A stretch of DNA of 50,839 nucleotides from Nitrososphaeria archaeon (GCA_046536595.1 JAWDMM010000005.1:1-50839), one strand, 5' to 3'. Numbered from the stretch's first letter, positions 28,958 through 39,166 are shown. The notes: generated from the sequence alone by a model not told the origin. Made by a program: numbers and translations.

Positions 28958-30778
28958 TCACTCCACAGTGACAGATTTGGCAAGATTTCTGGGTTTATCT
29001 GGATCTAAACCTTTAAGCACAGCAGTGTAATAAGCGATAAGCTGTAATGGAAGAACGTATAATATTGGAGTTATGACTTCATCGGCTTCAGGAATATCTA
29101 TGTAAAAGTCTGAAACTTCTTTAAGCTCTTTGTCTTCGTTAGTTCCTAAAGCGATTATTTTTCCACCCCGGGATTTAATTTCCATGATGTTTCCAAGGAT
29201 AACCTTTCTTGAATTGTCATTAGGGGCTATAAAAATAACCGGCGTATTTTTTTCAATAAGTGCGATAGGTCCATGTTTGCTTTCTCCTGCCGAAAAAGCA
29301 CTTGAAGGTATATAAGCTATTTCAAGCATCTTCAATCTTCCCTCAAACGCAGTAGCAGTGTTTATCCCTCTGCCCAAATAAAATATATGCGTTGAATCTT
29401 TAAGCATCTCGGCTGCTTGTTTTGCCTTTTGATCTGTGCTTTTTAATACAGATTCGGCTGCCTTAGGAATAGACCTTATTTTTTCATGATAATCATTATA
29501 TTCGTTTTCATTAATCTTTTCTCTTTTTTTACCTATTTCTAAAGCAAGAAGCAGATGTATTAAGAGCTGCGATGTATAAGTTTTAGTTGCTGCAACCCCG
29601 ATTTCAGGTCCGGCTTGTTGGACCAAATATAATCGTGAAAGTCTTGTAATAGTTGAACTCACGACATTGGTTATGGACATAACAGTGCTTGCCTTCATTC
29701 TTGCATAGCTAGCTACTTTAAGCACGTCTGCTGTTTCTCCTGATTGGGAAACTAGTAAAAGAGAAGTATCTGGATCTAGTGTGCTTCCGTACTGTTGTAT
29801 AAATTCGCTAGCTACAACTGGTATTGTGGCGAGGCCAGATATTTTCGAATACATATAGCTACCCGCTAAACACGAATGATAAGACGTTCCAGCTCCTATT
29901 AAGAAATTAACTTTAGACCTGCTCATGAGTTCAGCTATTGCATATAGATATGGCTTTTGCAAGTTAATTGCATAATAAAGTGAAGTTGGCTGCTCAAAAA
30001 TTTCTTTTAGCATATAGTGAGGGTATCCTCCTTTTTCAATCATCTGTGGTTTTATGTCTATTTCCACAGGGTTCCTTAAAATTTCTTTTTCGTCAATTAT
30101 TGAATAAATTTTGTAATAATAAGGAGTAATGACGGCAAGCTCATAATCCTCCAACGGTATCATCATGTTTGTTTTATCAACAAAAGCAACTGGATCTGAC
30201 GACGCGTAGTTGCCATCTTTGCCTATTCCAAGGTAAAGCGGACTTTCCTTTTTTATAAGAACTATTTTATCTGGTTCTTTTGAATAGATTATGGCTAAAG
30301 CATAAGATCCTTCAACCCGTTTTATAGCCTTCAAACAGGCTTTAACAAGATCATTTCCTTGTTTAACCTCTTCTTCAATGAGATGAGCAACAACTTCGGT
30401 ATCTGTTCTGGATTTAAATTCGTGACCATTTTCTGCTAACTCTTCCTTTAGTTCTAAAAAGTTTTCTATAACACCATTATGAACAACGGCTATCTCGCCG
30501 GTGCAGTCAGTAAGAGGATGGGCGTTAGTAATAGAAGGGTAACCGTGTGTAGCCCACCTGTTGTGAGCTATTCCTACATTTCCATTTAAGCTTTCAAAGT
30601 TTACTATCCTGTCCACTTCGTCTATTTTACCAACTCCTTTTTTAATTTCTAAATTACCTTTGTTAATAGTAGCCATACCTGCTGAATCATAACCCCCATA
30701 CTCCAGTCTTTTTAGACCGGTTTTTAATATAGGGCTAACTTTACCTTCCTTTAGGCAAGCCGCAAATATCCTGCACAC
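28958..30778 (-). CDS. glmS: Glucosamine-fructose-6-phosphate aminotransferase
   Basis: N-terminal Cys, GYDSAG, RWATHG, SQSGETAD, PRNLAKSVTVE. Confidence 0.97.
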   Translation of the reverse strand: MCRIFAACLKEGKVSPILKTGLKRLEYGGYDSAGMATINKGNLEIKKGVGKIDEVDRIVNFESLNGNVGIAHNRWATHGYPSITNAHPLTDCTGEIAVVHNGVIENFLELKEELAENGHEFKSRTDTEVVAHLIEEEVKQGNDLVKACLKAIKRVEGSYALAIIYSKEPDKIVLIKKESPLYLGIGKDGNYASSDPVAFVDKTNMMIPLEDYELAVITPYYYKIYSIIDEKEILRNPVEIDIKPQMIEKGGYPHYMLKEIFEQPTSLYYAINLQKPYLYAIAELMSRSKVNFLIGAGTSYHSCLAGSYMYSKISGLATIPVVASEFIQQYGSTLDPDTSLLLVSQSGETADVLKVASYARMKASTVMSITNVVSSTITRLSRLYLVQQAGPEIGVAATKTYTSQLLIHLLLALEIGKKREKINENEYNDYHEKIRSIPKAAESVLKSTDQKAKQAAEMLKDSTHIFYLGRGINTATAFEGRLKMLEIAYIPSSAFSAGESKHGPIALIEKNTPVIFIAPNDNSRKVILGNIMEIKSRGGKIIALGTNEDKELKEVSDFYIDIPEADEVITPILYVLPLQLIAYYTAVLKGLDPDKPRNLAKSVTVE

Positions 30779-30916
30779 ATTAAGAATAAAAACGCTATAT
30801 GTTTTTAAATATATTGTTTAGATATTTTTATTTTTAATGATCGATAAAAATACCTTTGGTTGTATACAACAAGATTTTAGAAACAGCTGTGTTTTTTAAA
30901 ATACTGCTACAACTTA

Positions 30917-31384
30917 TTAAGCCACTTTATACTTGCTGTTAGTAGTTAAAAACCCAGAATATACCCCCCATTCGTTAAGTATTAGCTCAAGCTTATGTTT
31001 ACCATCGCTTGAATTAAAATCTGCAATACCTTTTTTTAAAAGTGCTTTATTTAAGCTTTCTATAGTGAACTCTTTTAACTCTTTAGCAGTTTTAAAAGGC
31101 TCTATCCTATCCAGAGACTCTTTAATTATTTCTTTCCGTTTTTTAAAATTTGATTCGAGAAACTCTATACCTTTATCAGTTATAATTATATCACCAACGC
31201 CTATAGTTACAAAACCAAGCTCGTTAGCCATGTAAACTATCGGCATAAAATCATCAAGATCAACTTCAAGCCTTTCTTCTAATTCAAAAAGATCAGTTTT
31301 TCCGTCAAATTCATTTTTTAAAACAAGCAGTAAGCCCAATAAATCAGCCACTCTTGTTGAAGGATGTATAACCTTATTGCTCAA
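30917..31384 (-). CDS. Stand-alone AAA-associated C-terminal domain protein (as on NitT/TauT ABC ATPases)
   Basis: LLGLL..L...DGKTDL..L..L.VDLDDFMPI...GF...GDI.IT..G, LNEWGVY; TTG 31384 is a likelier start than 31573. Confidence 0.65.
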   Translation of the reverse strand: MSNKVIHPSTRVADLLGLLLVLKNEFDGKTDLFELEERLEVDLDDFMPIVYMANELGFVTIGVGDIIITDKGIEFLESNFKKRKEIIKESLDRIEPFKTAKELKEFTIESLNKALLKKGIADFNSSDGKHKLELILNEWGVYSGFLTTNSKYKVA

Positions 31385-31523
31385 CTTTTTACATCTTTTG
31401 ATACTAATAACTGCTTTTAAAACGTTATTATTTTTATGATCGTCACTTGGATAAATGGTAAAAATTAATGAAAACGATCCAAATAGCATTCTAACGAATT
31501 TTTGGTATTTGTATATTATCGGA

Positions 31524-31919
31524 TTACTTAGGGGGATATTTTTGCGAATATCTATAGTTTCTAGGTGTACCAACCCTTGTCAAAACGCCCTCTCTGACCA
31601 TATCAGTTAAAGCGTGAGCTATAGCAGACCTATCATAGTGGTAACCCCGTCTCTGTAACTCTTCATCGACTTCATAAAGGCTTTTTTCCTGCGAAAACCA
31701 ACCTTCCTTCCACAGTTGAACTAAAAGATCCTTACAGGTCACACCTTTTCTTGTTGATTCTTTATTGAATTCATCTTGTTGTTGAATAGGTATTGAAGAC
31801 AATATTTTAGGTATAATTTCGTTAATTTTATCTTCGGGGCATTCAACCTCTATTTCCCAGTCTCCTTTCTTTAATTTTATCTTTATATTGTTGCTGTTGT
31901 TGTCCAAATTGCGCAACAT
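31524..31919 (-). CDS. Hypothetical protein with C-terminal winged helix
   Basis: LWKEGWF...L.EV..EL.RRGYHY...I..AL..MVREG.LTR.G..RNYRY. Confidence 0.7.
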   Translation of the reverse strand: MLRNLDNNSNNIKIKLKKGDWEIEVECPEDKINEIIPKILSSIPIQQQDEFNKESTRKGVTCKDLLVQLWKEGWFSQEKSLYEVDEELQRRGYHYDRSAIAHALTDMVREGVLTRVGTPRNYRYSQKYPPK

Positions 31920-31931
31920 TTATATTCTACC

Positions 31932-32966
31932 TTGGTTAACCTATTGTTGATCAAGTTGACCAAACAAATAAACCTTTCTAACACAACTAAGAATCTTTAT
32001 GAGTATTTTGATGAATCTTTATTGTTCAGTTCATTATTGAACGATGTATTGGATATCTCAAAAATTAAGGGTAAACAGATAATTTTTACAGATGACTCTA
32101 AAGGGGAATTTAGACCTATCGAAGGTTGGGGTACTCCCGTTGCTGTGGACGCAAAAGAAATAGATATTTCAAAAGGAAAAGTGCAAAACCTAGTAGCTGT
32201 TGATTCAAGTTCTATTTCTATAGCCGAAACAGAAGAAGGAGGTATTTATGCTGTAAAAGGTGGGGCGTATATAATAAAAAATGGGGAAACTGCGTTAAGA
32301 AAGCTTGGTCCTATAGCTGTTTACATAGGTCTGAGCAATATAAAGAGCATAGAATCTATAATAGGCGGTAAGCTAGGGTATGGCATTGTTATTGATAAGC
32401 AGATTGCGTTAAAATTTGTAAGAAATGTAATTGAAAGCATGTTGCTCAAGATGTTAATAAACGAAATAGAGGAGGGAATAGCATTGATAGATGGATCGTT
32501 AAAAGATCCTCCTTTTTTCTTGGGGAGGTTAAGCCTTGCCTACATGATGGAAAAATATAAAGATAAAATTAACTTTATAGGAATAAGCAAAGGAACAAGC
32601 ATTAAAGCTTTAAAAGCCTTTTATAGTTCATTTTTTGATGAAAAAAGGAAATTTGTTGACATAACAGACCTTGTATACAGCATAACTAAAAACGAGTTTG
32701 GTCGTAAATATTTGGTAAAACTGGATGAAACTTCGGTTGTTCTCAGAGCAGACATATATTTTAACGATCCCAATGAAAGTTTTGCAAACCTTATCAAGAC
32801 GGACAAACTTGTAAAAGGTTATCCTGAAAGCCTGATAGGTGCCCATCTTCTGTCTTTGTTTGTCTCTAGCGAAGTACAAGGAATCAAAGCGCTAGTTGCT
32901 CAGAACGCTTCCAAAGTTCTTTATGAAGAAAACATGAGAAAATTTCTCCTAGGATATGTAAGGTGA
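31932..32966 (+). CDS. nurA: NurA-family nuclease
   Basis: AVDSS, LIDGSL, GISK, GYPESL..AH. Confidence 0.85.
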   Translation: MVNLLLIKLTKQINLSNTTKNLYEYFDESLLFSSLLNDVLDISKIKGKQIIFTDDSKGEFRPIEGWGTPVAVDAKEIDISKGKVQNLVAVDSSSISIAETEEGGIYAVKGGAYIIKNGETALRKLGPIAVYIGLSNIKSIESIIGGKLGYGIVIDKQIALKFVRNVIESMLLKMLINEIEEGIALIDGSLKDPPFFLGRLSLAYMMEKYKDKINFIGISKGTSIKALKAFYSSFFDEKRKFVDITDLVYSITKNEFGRKYLVKLDETSVVLRADIYFNDPNESFANLIKTDKLVKGYPESLIGAHLLSLFVSSEVQGIKALVAQNASKVLYEENMRKFLLGYVR

Positions 32967-34441
32967 TATTTATGAGAATATTATCTAAAGCTGGGGATGA
33001 AATTAAAATCATCGCTATGCCAAACGAAAAAGTTGATAGAGGAGAATATCTTCTGATAGAGGATGAAGCGAGCGGAAACAAGATTTTGACCCAAATATAT
33101 GAAGTAAGTTACTTAGATCCAACAGGCATAGATGAAGAGATCTTAAGGGATGAAGTTTTTTCGTCAGAAAAAATAACTCATATTGACCCAAACAACGTTA
33201 GCTCCCTTTTAACTATGATAAAGGATGCGAGATTACTTAAAGGAAAGATACGGGGCAGTATAGTAGACAACAAATTTACAAACGAAATAATTTGGTTACC
33301 TAGCAGGGTCTTTAGCACGATTAAAAAAGTCAGCTTTTCTGAAATAAATAAATATCTTGCTAAAAATTTAAAGTACCCGGTGGAGATCGGAACTACATCG
33401 CTTGGCGAGAAATTTTATGTTGACGCATCAGATTTAGATGGGTCTTTGACTATAATAACAGGAAAAAAAGAATCTGGAAAGTCGCATCTTGCAAAATTGC
33501 TTTTATCCGAGCTAGTCAAACTCGGTGCATATGTATTTGTTTTTGACCTTAACAACGAATATAATGGAATGATGTACGACAAAAACAACAATTTTTCAGA
33601 CATATATAATAGAATTGTCGTTCTTGAGCCAGGAAATAATTTGGTTTTTACTTTAAAATATATAGGGAAAAGAGTGTTTACAGAAATACTGACCCATGCC
33701 TTAGATACGCCCGCTATAACTGTGAGAGAGTTTCTTAAAATCTGGGATAGCATGAACGAAGAATCTGATGTTTCGATAAGGAATCTATACACGAAGATAT
33801 TAGAATATAAAAATAATGAGATGGTAAAAGAAGCGTTAGTTTCAAGGTATTATTCGATCGTAGCGTCTAAACTTTTTGCCAATTCTGAATACGTTAACTT
33901 TGACATCAAAAACAACATATCCTCAAAGCCTAACGGTGCCGCTTTCGTAATGGAAATGGCTAAGGTTTCACCATTAGCCAGAAGGATGCTTGTGCAAATA
34001 ATATTATCAAAGTTGATAAATTTGCTCGAAGAAAATCAGATACCTCCAGTTTTTATATTTGCTGAAGAAGCACACCTGTATTTTGATCAGACTTATTGGG
34101 AAGACGCAATAACTAGAATGCGGCATTTTGGAATATATGTGACTTTTATAACAAATCAACCCGATTCGCTGGATCCAACCGTCTACAGGCAGGCCGACAA
34201 CATATTTCTCTTTAACTTCATAAATGAAAAAGATCTTGAAATGATATCCCAAGCTTCCACCGCGGATTCAGAAACAGTAAAAAATCTAGTAAGATCGCTA
34301 CCGCAGAAAAAGTGTCTTATAATAGGTAGGGTTGTAAATAACCTTCCATTTTTAGTTAGCGTTAAAGAGGTAAATTACAAAACATTAGGTACAACTAAGA
34401 GGTTTTTTGATATTAAAAAAGAAATTGAAAAAGCTAAATGA
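32963..34441 (+). CDS. herA: HerA-family helicase/ATPase
   Basis: HAS-barrel-like N-terminus, TGKKESGKS, FDLNNEY, EEAH, RMRHFG, TNQP. Confidence 0.88.
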   Translation: MIFMRILSKAGDEIKIIAMPNEKVDRGEYLLIEDEASGNKILTQIYEVSYLDPTGIDEEILRDEVFSSEKITHIDPNNVSSLLTMIKDARLLKGKIRGSIVDNKFTNEIIWLPSRVFSTIKKVSFSEINKYLAKNLKYPVEIGTTSLGEKFYVDASDLDGSLTIITGKKESGKSHLAKLLLSELVKLGAYVFVFDLNNEYNGMMYDKNNNFSDIYNRIVVLEPGNNLVFTLKYIGKRVFTEILTHALDTPAITVREFLKIWDSMNEESDVSIRNLYTKILEYKNNEMVKEALVSRYYSIVASKLFANSEYVNFDIKNNISSKPNGAAFVMEMAKVSPLARRMLVQIILSKLINLLEENQIPPVFIFAEEAHLYFDQTYWEDAITRMRHFGIYVTFITNQPDSLDPTVYRQADNIFLFNFINEKDLEMISQASTADSETVKNLVRSLPQKKCLIIGRVVNNLPFLVSVKEVNYKTLGTTKRFFDIKKEIEKAK

Positions 34442-35489
34442 TAATCAATTCTGTTGAGGTACTGAAAAGTTTAGAGGGCTTGTCCTGTACTATTAAAGAA
34501 TCTTCAATTCTGACTCCTATATCATTTAGATAGTATAGACCTGGTTCTATAGTAACTGCTTGACCGCTTTTTATTACGTCTTCGCTTCTGTATGAGATTG
34601 CTGGTTTTTCATGTACTTCAAGGCCAATGCCATGTCCAAGCGAATGGTTAAAACGATCTTTGTCTTTTCCAAAAAAATCTCTCACAGCTAGATCTATTTC
34701 TTTCGCCTTAACGCCTATTTTTAACATTTTTATACCGAGCTCTTGAGCTTCCTTAACTTTGTTATAAATTTTCTTATAATGATCGTCGACCCTTTTATAA
34801 AATATTGTTCTTGTAAAATCAACTACGTAACCTTTATGTCTTAATGTTAGATCGAGTAAAATTGGATCGCCTTCATTTAGCTTTTTATTACTAGGAGGTG
34901 AGTAATGTGGAAAAGCTGTATTTTCTCCAAACGCAACTATTTCAGTCCCTATAGTGTCCTCGTATGGGATAACATCACCATCAAATTCAATTATATTTTT
35001 AACTATCTGCGCGTAAAGTTCTTTTTCAGTCATACCTCCTTTTATTGTTTTTATCGATTTGTCAAAAACTTCATCCATGATCCTTCCACCATCTTTAAGT
35101 ATCTCTATCTCGTAATCGTCTTTTACTTCCCTCAACTTTTCAATTAAATTAGATATTTTTAAGCTAATATTTTTGGAAAGAGAAAGGTATGTTGAAACAA
35201 ACGATTCATCTATACAGACTTTTTTTGTTTCAAAAAAAGTTTTAATATAATCAAGGTAATTTGCTGGATTGTAAGCTTCAACATTAATTGTAGAATTTTT
35301 TGAAGCCCTGTCATATTCTAAGCTTGAGACAAGTAGCTTTTGTTCCTCATCTTTTATAAGTGTTATACCAGCACCCCAAAAACCGGTCAGATAAAAAATG
35401 TTAAAGGCTCTGGTAAGAACGTACCCTTCACAATCGGAATTATGCATTTCATTTAGCAACTTATTCAATCTTTTTTCGTACAGGTTCAT
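34434..35489 (-). CDS. pepQ: Xaa-Pro peptidase (M24)
   Basis: DFTRT, HSLGHGIGLEVHE, TIEPG, GVRIED. Confidence 0.92.
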   Translation of the reverse strand: MNLYEKRLNKLLNEMHNSDCEGYVLTRAFNIFYLTGFWGAGITLIKDEEQKLLVSSLEYDRASKNSTINVEAYNPANYLDYIKTFFETKKVCIDESFVSTYLSLSKNISLKISNLIEKLREVKDDYEIEILKDGGRIMDEVFDKSIKTIKGGMTEKELYAQIVKNIIEFDGDVIPYEDTIGTEIVAFGENTAFPHYSPPSNKKLNEGDPILLDLTLRHKGYVVDFTRTIFYKRVDDHYKKIYNKVKEAQELGIKMLKIGVKAKEIDLAVRDFFGKDKDRFNHSLGHGIGLEVHEKPAISYRSEDVIKSGQAVTIEPGLYYLNDIGVRIEDSLIVQDKPSKLFSTSTELIII

Positions 35490-35540
35490 CAGCAAGCACC
35501 ATCATTTAACTAGTAAAGATCAAAATATAAGGGTTTTAAC

Positions 35541-35616
35541 TTTTTGGGGTTAAGGGGCGAAAGTCCTCTTCCGCGAGCTTTGAGCTTTGGATAGCCCCCT
35601 TATAGAAATGTTTTTA
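35541..35616 (+). mobile_element. Truncated mini-element copy D (left end only)
   Basis: ggggttaaggggcgaaagtcc...ggatagcccccttatagaaatgttttt; 7-nt tandem duplication GAGCTTT at 35575-35588. Confidence 0.8.
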
Positions 35617-36870
35617 GAATTTTTTAGGCTCTATGTACTCCTGTCCATTCATATAGTTAACTAACGGCTTTGGTATTTGAATTCTTCCATCTGGCAAATA
35701 ATTGTTTTCCATTATAGCTATTAATGCTCTTTCTGTGGCAACGAGGGTAGAATTTAATGTATGTACGTATAAGGTTTCATTGCCTTTTTTATACCTTATC
35801 TTAGCCCTCACAGCTTGCCATTCAAGAGTGTTAGAGCATGAAACGGCTTCTCTATATTTATTCTGTCCAGGTAACCAGACTTCTAAATCGTATTTTTTAG
35901 CAGCCGGCGCTCCTAGTTCTCCTGAGCAGACATTTACAACTCTGTAAGGAATACCTAAACTTTGGAAGAATTCTTCTGCGTTTTTTATCAATTCTTCATG
36001 ATATTTCCACGAATCTTCAGGCTTACTGTATATAAACTGTTCAACTTTCTCAAATACATGCACCCTAAATATTCCTTTAGTATCCCTTCCGTGAGCACCC
36101 GCTTCTTTCCTAAAACAGGGCGAGATGCCTATGTATTTTAAAGGTAAGCTCTTTTCATCTAAAATTTCATCATAATGATAACCGAGGATAGCATGCTCTG
36201 CAGTTGTCAAAAGGTATAAATCTTCATTTTCTATCTTATATATAGCTTCTTCAAATGCAGAAATATCAACAGCGCTTTCTAAAATAGCCCTCCGTAACAT
36301 ATATGGAGGTTGCAATAAGGTATAACCTCTTTTGGTACCAAAATCAAGGCCATATGATATAAGCGCATAATTTAACCTCGCAAGGTCTCTTTTTAGATAA
36401 TAAAATCTCGCACCGCTAGTTTTTGCCGCTCTTTCTACATCAATCAAATCTAATTTTGTTCCTATTTCAATATGATCTGGTCCAACTTTTCCCGCTTCCC
36501 CCCACGTTCTGACTACCTGATTGTATGACTCATCTGTACCTTCTGGTACTGACGGGTCAACAAAATTTGGCATACTTAACTGAAGCTGATTTATTTCGTC
36601 TTCTATTTCAGAAAGTTCTTTTTCTGTATTTTTTATTTTTTTATCCAGTTCTTTTAGCCTTTCTCTATCAATTTCTTTGTTACCGGCTTTCATTTTTCTT
36701 GCAACATCTTCTTCTATGAGATTTTTTTCATGCCTGAGGTTGTTAATTTCGGAGATTAGCTTTCTTCTCTTTTCATCGAGTTCTAATAAGCGGTCTAACG
36801 GAAAGTCAGAATGTCTTTTTTTAAGGGATTCTCTGTATTCTTCAAGTCTATCTTTTATTATTCTTAACAA
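35614..36870 (-). CDS. serS: Seryl-tRNA synthetase
   Basis: TAEH, CFRKEAG, GIFRVHVFEKVEQF, HTLNST..ATER. Confidence 0.97.
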   Translation of the reverse strand: MLRIIKDRLEEYRESLKKRHSDFPLDRLLELDEKRRKLISEINNLRHEKNLIEEDVARKMKAGNKEIDRERLKELDKKIKNTEKELSEIEDEINQLQLSMPNFVDPSVPEGTDESYNQVVRTWGEAGKVGPDHIEIGTKLDLIDVERAAKTSGARFYYLKRDLARLNYALISYGLDFGTKRGYTLLQPPYMLRRAILESAVDISAFEEAIYKIENEDLYLLTTAEHAILGYHYDEILDEKSLPLKYIGISPCFRKEAGAHGRDTKGIFRVHVFEKVEQFIYSKPEDSWKYHEELIKNAEEFFQSLGIPYRVVNVCSGELGAPAAKKYDLEVWLPGQNKYREAVSCSNTLEWQAVRAKIRYKKGNETLYVHTLNSTLVATERALIAIMENNYLPDGRIQIPKPLVNYMNGQEYIEPKKF

Positions 36871-37103
36871 TCATTGACACCCCTTTCAACTGTTTTAGCC
36901 AGCTCCAATATTTCATCTAAAGCATTAAGCATTGACATAACGCTTTCTTTATTACTTTGGCTTATTATCTTCAGTACGCCATCTTCATGTTTAACCTCCA
37001 TCGTAACTCCTTTAGGAAAATTTATGTTATCAGGCTCGATTGCTTTCTTAAAGCTAACTAAAAATTGATCTTTATCCGTCAATTGGATTTCCACTTTTAT
37101 CAT
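36864..37103 (-). CDS. pcc1: KEOPS subunit Pcc1-like
   Basis: AIEPDN motif, ~80 aa, typical position upstream of serS. Confidence 0.75.
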   Translation of the reverse strand: MIKVEIQLTDKDQFLVSFKKAIEPDNINFPKGVTMEVKHEDGVLKIISQSNKESVMSMLNALDEILELAKTVERGVNDC

Positions 37104-37220
37104 GTTTATCAACAAATAACATTGTTGAAACAAATTATAAACTTTTACTTACAAAGGATGAAAGATTAAAGTTTGCTATGTGTATAAGTATTGTTAAATT
37201 CATGATAAAACAAACAACAA

Positions 37221-37374
37221 ACCTTCGCCTTTCACAGTAGATCAAAATCTCACTAACGTATAATGCGCTTTACCATTTTTAGATTGCAGGATTGTTTATG
37301 GTTTGCATAAAATGTAAAACTCCATCCTGTGCTAAAAAGTTTTGATCTACTGTTCAGGGCGAGGAGGAGGTCAG
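37221..37374 (+). mobile_element. IS605/TnpB right-end hairpin remnant interrupted by a MITE
   Basis: Removing the insert gives accttcgcct-TTCA-gggcgaggaggaggtcag. Confidence 0.7.
37235..37352. mobile_element. 118-bp MITE, 13-bp perfect TIRs, 4-bp TSD
   Basis: CAGTAGATCAAAA (37235-37247) / TTTTGATCTACTG (37340-37352); TTCA at 37231-37234 and 37353-37356. Confidence 0.85.
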
Positions 37375-37629
37375 TAAAAAGGTTTAGAAAAAATGTTATA
37401 AACGAAAAAACCAAGATCCAAACGAGCGTGCTTAAAAATTGTTATGTGCTGAAAATTTAAATGAGTTAAATCTCGAAAAAACATTTTATACAATTGAAAA
37501 CTTTTATATTAAATTAAAAAACATTGCAAAAGCAAAGGATTTAACTAATTGCATTAGATTCTTATTAACATTTTTAAGCATAAAACCAGCTAAGACTATT
37601 TATAATGTAAGACAGAGTGATTTTAACTT

Positions 37630-38862
37630 ATGTACATATTAAGGTTCATACCAATAGCCATCTTGGCAATCGTTTATTCGCTTATTATTAATAGGCGCAT
37701 ATTTAACCACAACATAGAGATATGGGCCGCAATGGGGATTGGCGCTTTTTTGATGCTTGCAACCGGTTCTATAACACCTCTAGAAGCTCTTTATTCCATC
37801 AACCTGCATGTAATTGCCTACTTAGTTGGAATGCTTATTATAGGTGCCGCGCTTTATGAAAGTGGGTTTCTGGGGCATCTTTTTAAAAGCCTTTTTATTA
37901 AAGAACATAGATTTTCAAATCTTTTTTTTAAATTATTTATGTTTATCGGAATAGCTTCTTCAATCTTGATGAACGATACGATAGCTGTTATAATGACGCC
38001 TTTGATGGTTGATCTGGGCAAGAAACTCAAATTAGATGAAAAGTTTCTCCTTCTATTACTTGCTTTCGGGATAACAGTAGGCAGCGTTATGACTCCTATC
38101 GGCAACCCCCAAAACTTGATTATAGGTCTCCAGATGGTTAATCCATTTTATTATTTTGGAAAGTATCTCATAATTCCCACGATAGTTAATTTAGTTCTAA
38201 CTTTTTATTTGTTAAAAATGTTTTTTTATAAAAAAAGAGATTTTAAAATTGAAGTAAGAAATCTCGAATATGATATAAAGGATAAAGCTTTGGCATCGCG
38301 TTCTAAAATATCGCTCATACTATTGTTATTTTTGTCATTTTTAAATGTGATATTATACTTTATGTTCAGAATTACTTTTTCGCTAGGATTAATAGCTCTG
38401 TTATCAGCATTACCGGTGCTTTTTTCTAGCAGCATAAAAAAGGTCATAAAGAGATTTGACTGGAAGACCATCGCTTTCTTTGTTTTTATGTTTATAGTTA
38501 TGCAGGGGGTTTTTGATTCAGGTTTCTTTCAAAGCTTTATTTTACCATTATTAAAAACGCCGGTTGAAATAATGTTCGCCAGCATAATTTTGAGCCAGTT
38601 TTTAAGCAACGTCCCATTTGTAGATCTGTTCATAAAGTTTGTAGCACATACTCCAGTAAATTTGGTAACTCTTGCAGCAGGCAGCACGATAGCGGGCAAC
38701 TTTTTGCTGCTTGGAGCTGCTAGCAACATAATAATAATACAGACGGCTGAAACGCACGGAGGAAAAGGGCTTTCATTTATTGATTTTGCTAAATACGGGA
38801 CATTAATAACAGCTATCAATGCCGTGATTTATTTGCTGTTTATATATATAATCGCGTTTTAA
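37630..38862 (+). CDS. ArsB/NhaD/SLC13-family anion permease
   Basis: LMNDT, GSVMTPIGNPQN, SQFLSNVP, STIAGN..LLGAASN. Confidence 0.88.
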   Translation: MYILRFIPIAILAIVYSLIINRRIFNHNIEIWAAMGIGAFLMLATGSITPLEALYSINLHVIAYLVGMLIIGAALYESGFLGHLFKSLFIKEHRFSNLFFKLFMFIGIASSILMNDTIAVIMTPLMVDLGKKLKLDEKFLLLLLAFGITVGSVMTPIGNPQNLIIGLQMVNPFYYFGKYLIIPTIVNLVLTFYLLKMFFYKKRDFKIEVRNLEYDIKDKALASRSKISLILLLFLSFLNVILYFMFRITFSLGLIALLSALPVLFSSSIKKVIKRFDWKTIAFFVFMFIVMQGVFDSGFFQSFILPLLKTPVEIMFASIILSQFLSNVPFVDLFIKFVAHTPVNLVTLAAGSTIAGNFLLLGAASNIIIIQTAETHGGKGLSFIDFAKYGTLITAINAVIYLLFIYIIAF

Positions 38863-38935
38863 GCCCGATTAAAAAAGTGATTATATTATTTAGTTATTTG
38901 AAAACGTTTTTATTACATAAAACCTGCTTTATTTT

Positions 38936-39166
38936 ATGCCTCTTAAAAAAGTAGGCGTTGTATATCATTTGACTAAAAGCAATAACATTGTAATAAAAGC
39001 TGAAGATATACCTGAAATAAACGAAACAGTCTACCTTAAAAACAAATCAGAATTAGGAAAGGTTATAGAAGTTTTTGGTCCTGTTTCTTCACCATTTATC
39101 TTGGTTAAATATAACGGGAAAAATGCCGTCAAAGAAGGAGAAGAAGTTTTTGTAGAAAGAAAATGA
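38936..39166 (+). CDS. gar1: H/ACA RNP subunit Gar1
   Basis: GKVIEVFGPVSSPF. Confidence 0.85.
   Translation: MPLKKVGVVYHLTKSNNIVIKAEDIPEINETVYLKNKSELGKVIEVFGPVSSPFILVKYNGKNAVKEGEEVFVERK

Noticed and set aside
31385-31573. N-terminal extension of the 218-aa ORF
   Set aside because: AT-rich, overlaps the upstream gene; recognisable domain begins near 31384.
37439-37642. 67-aa ORF before the permease
   Set aside because: TTG start, AT-rich promoter-like sequence, no motif.
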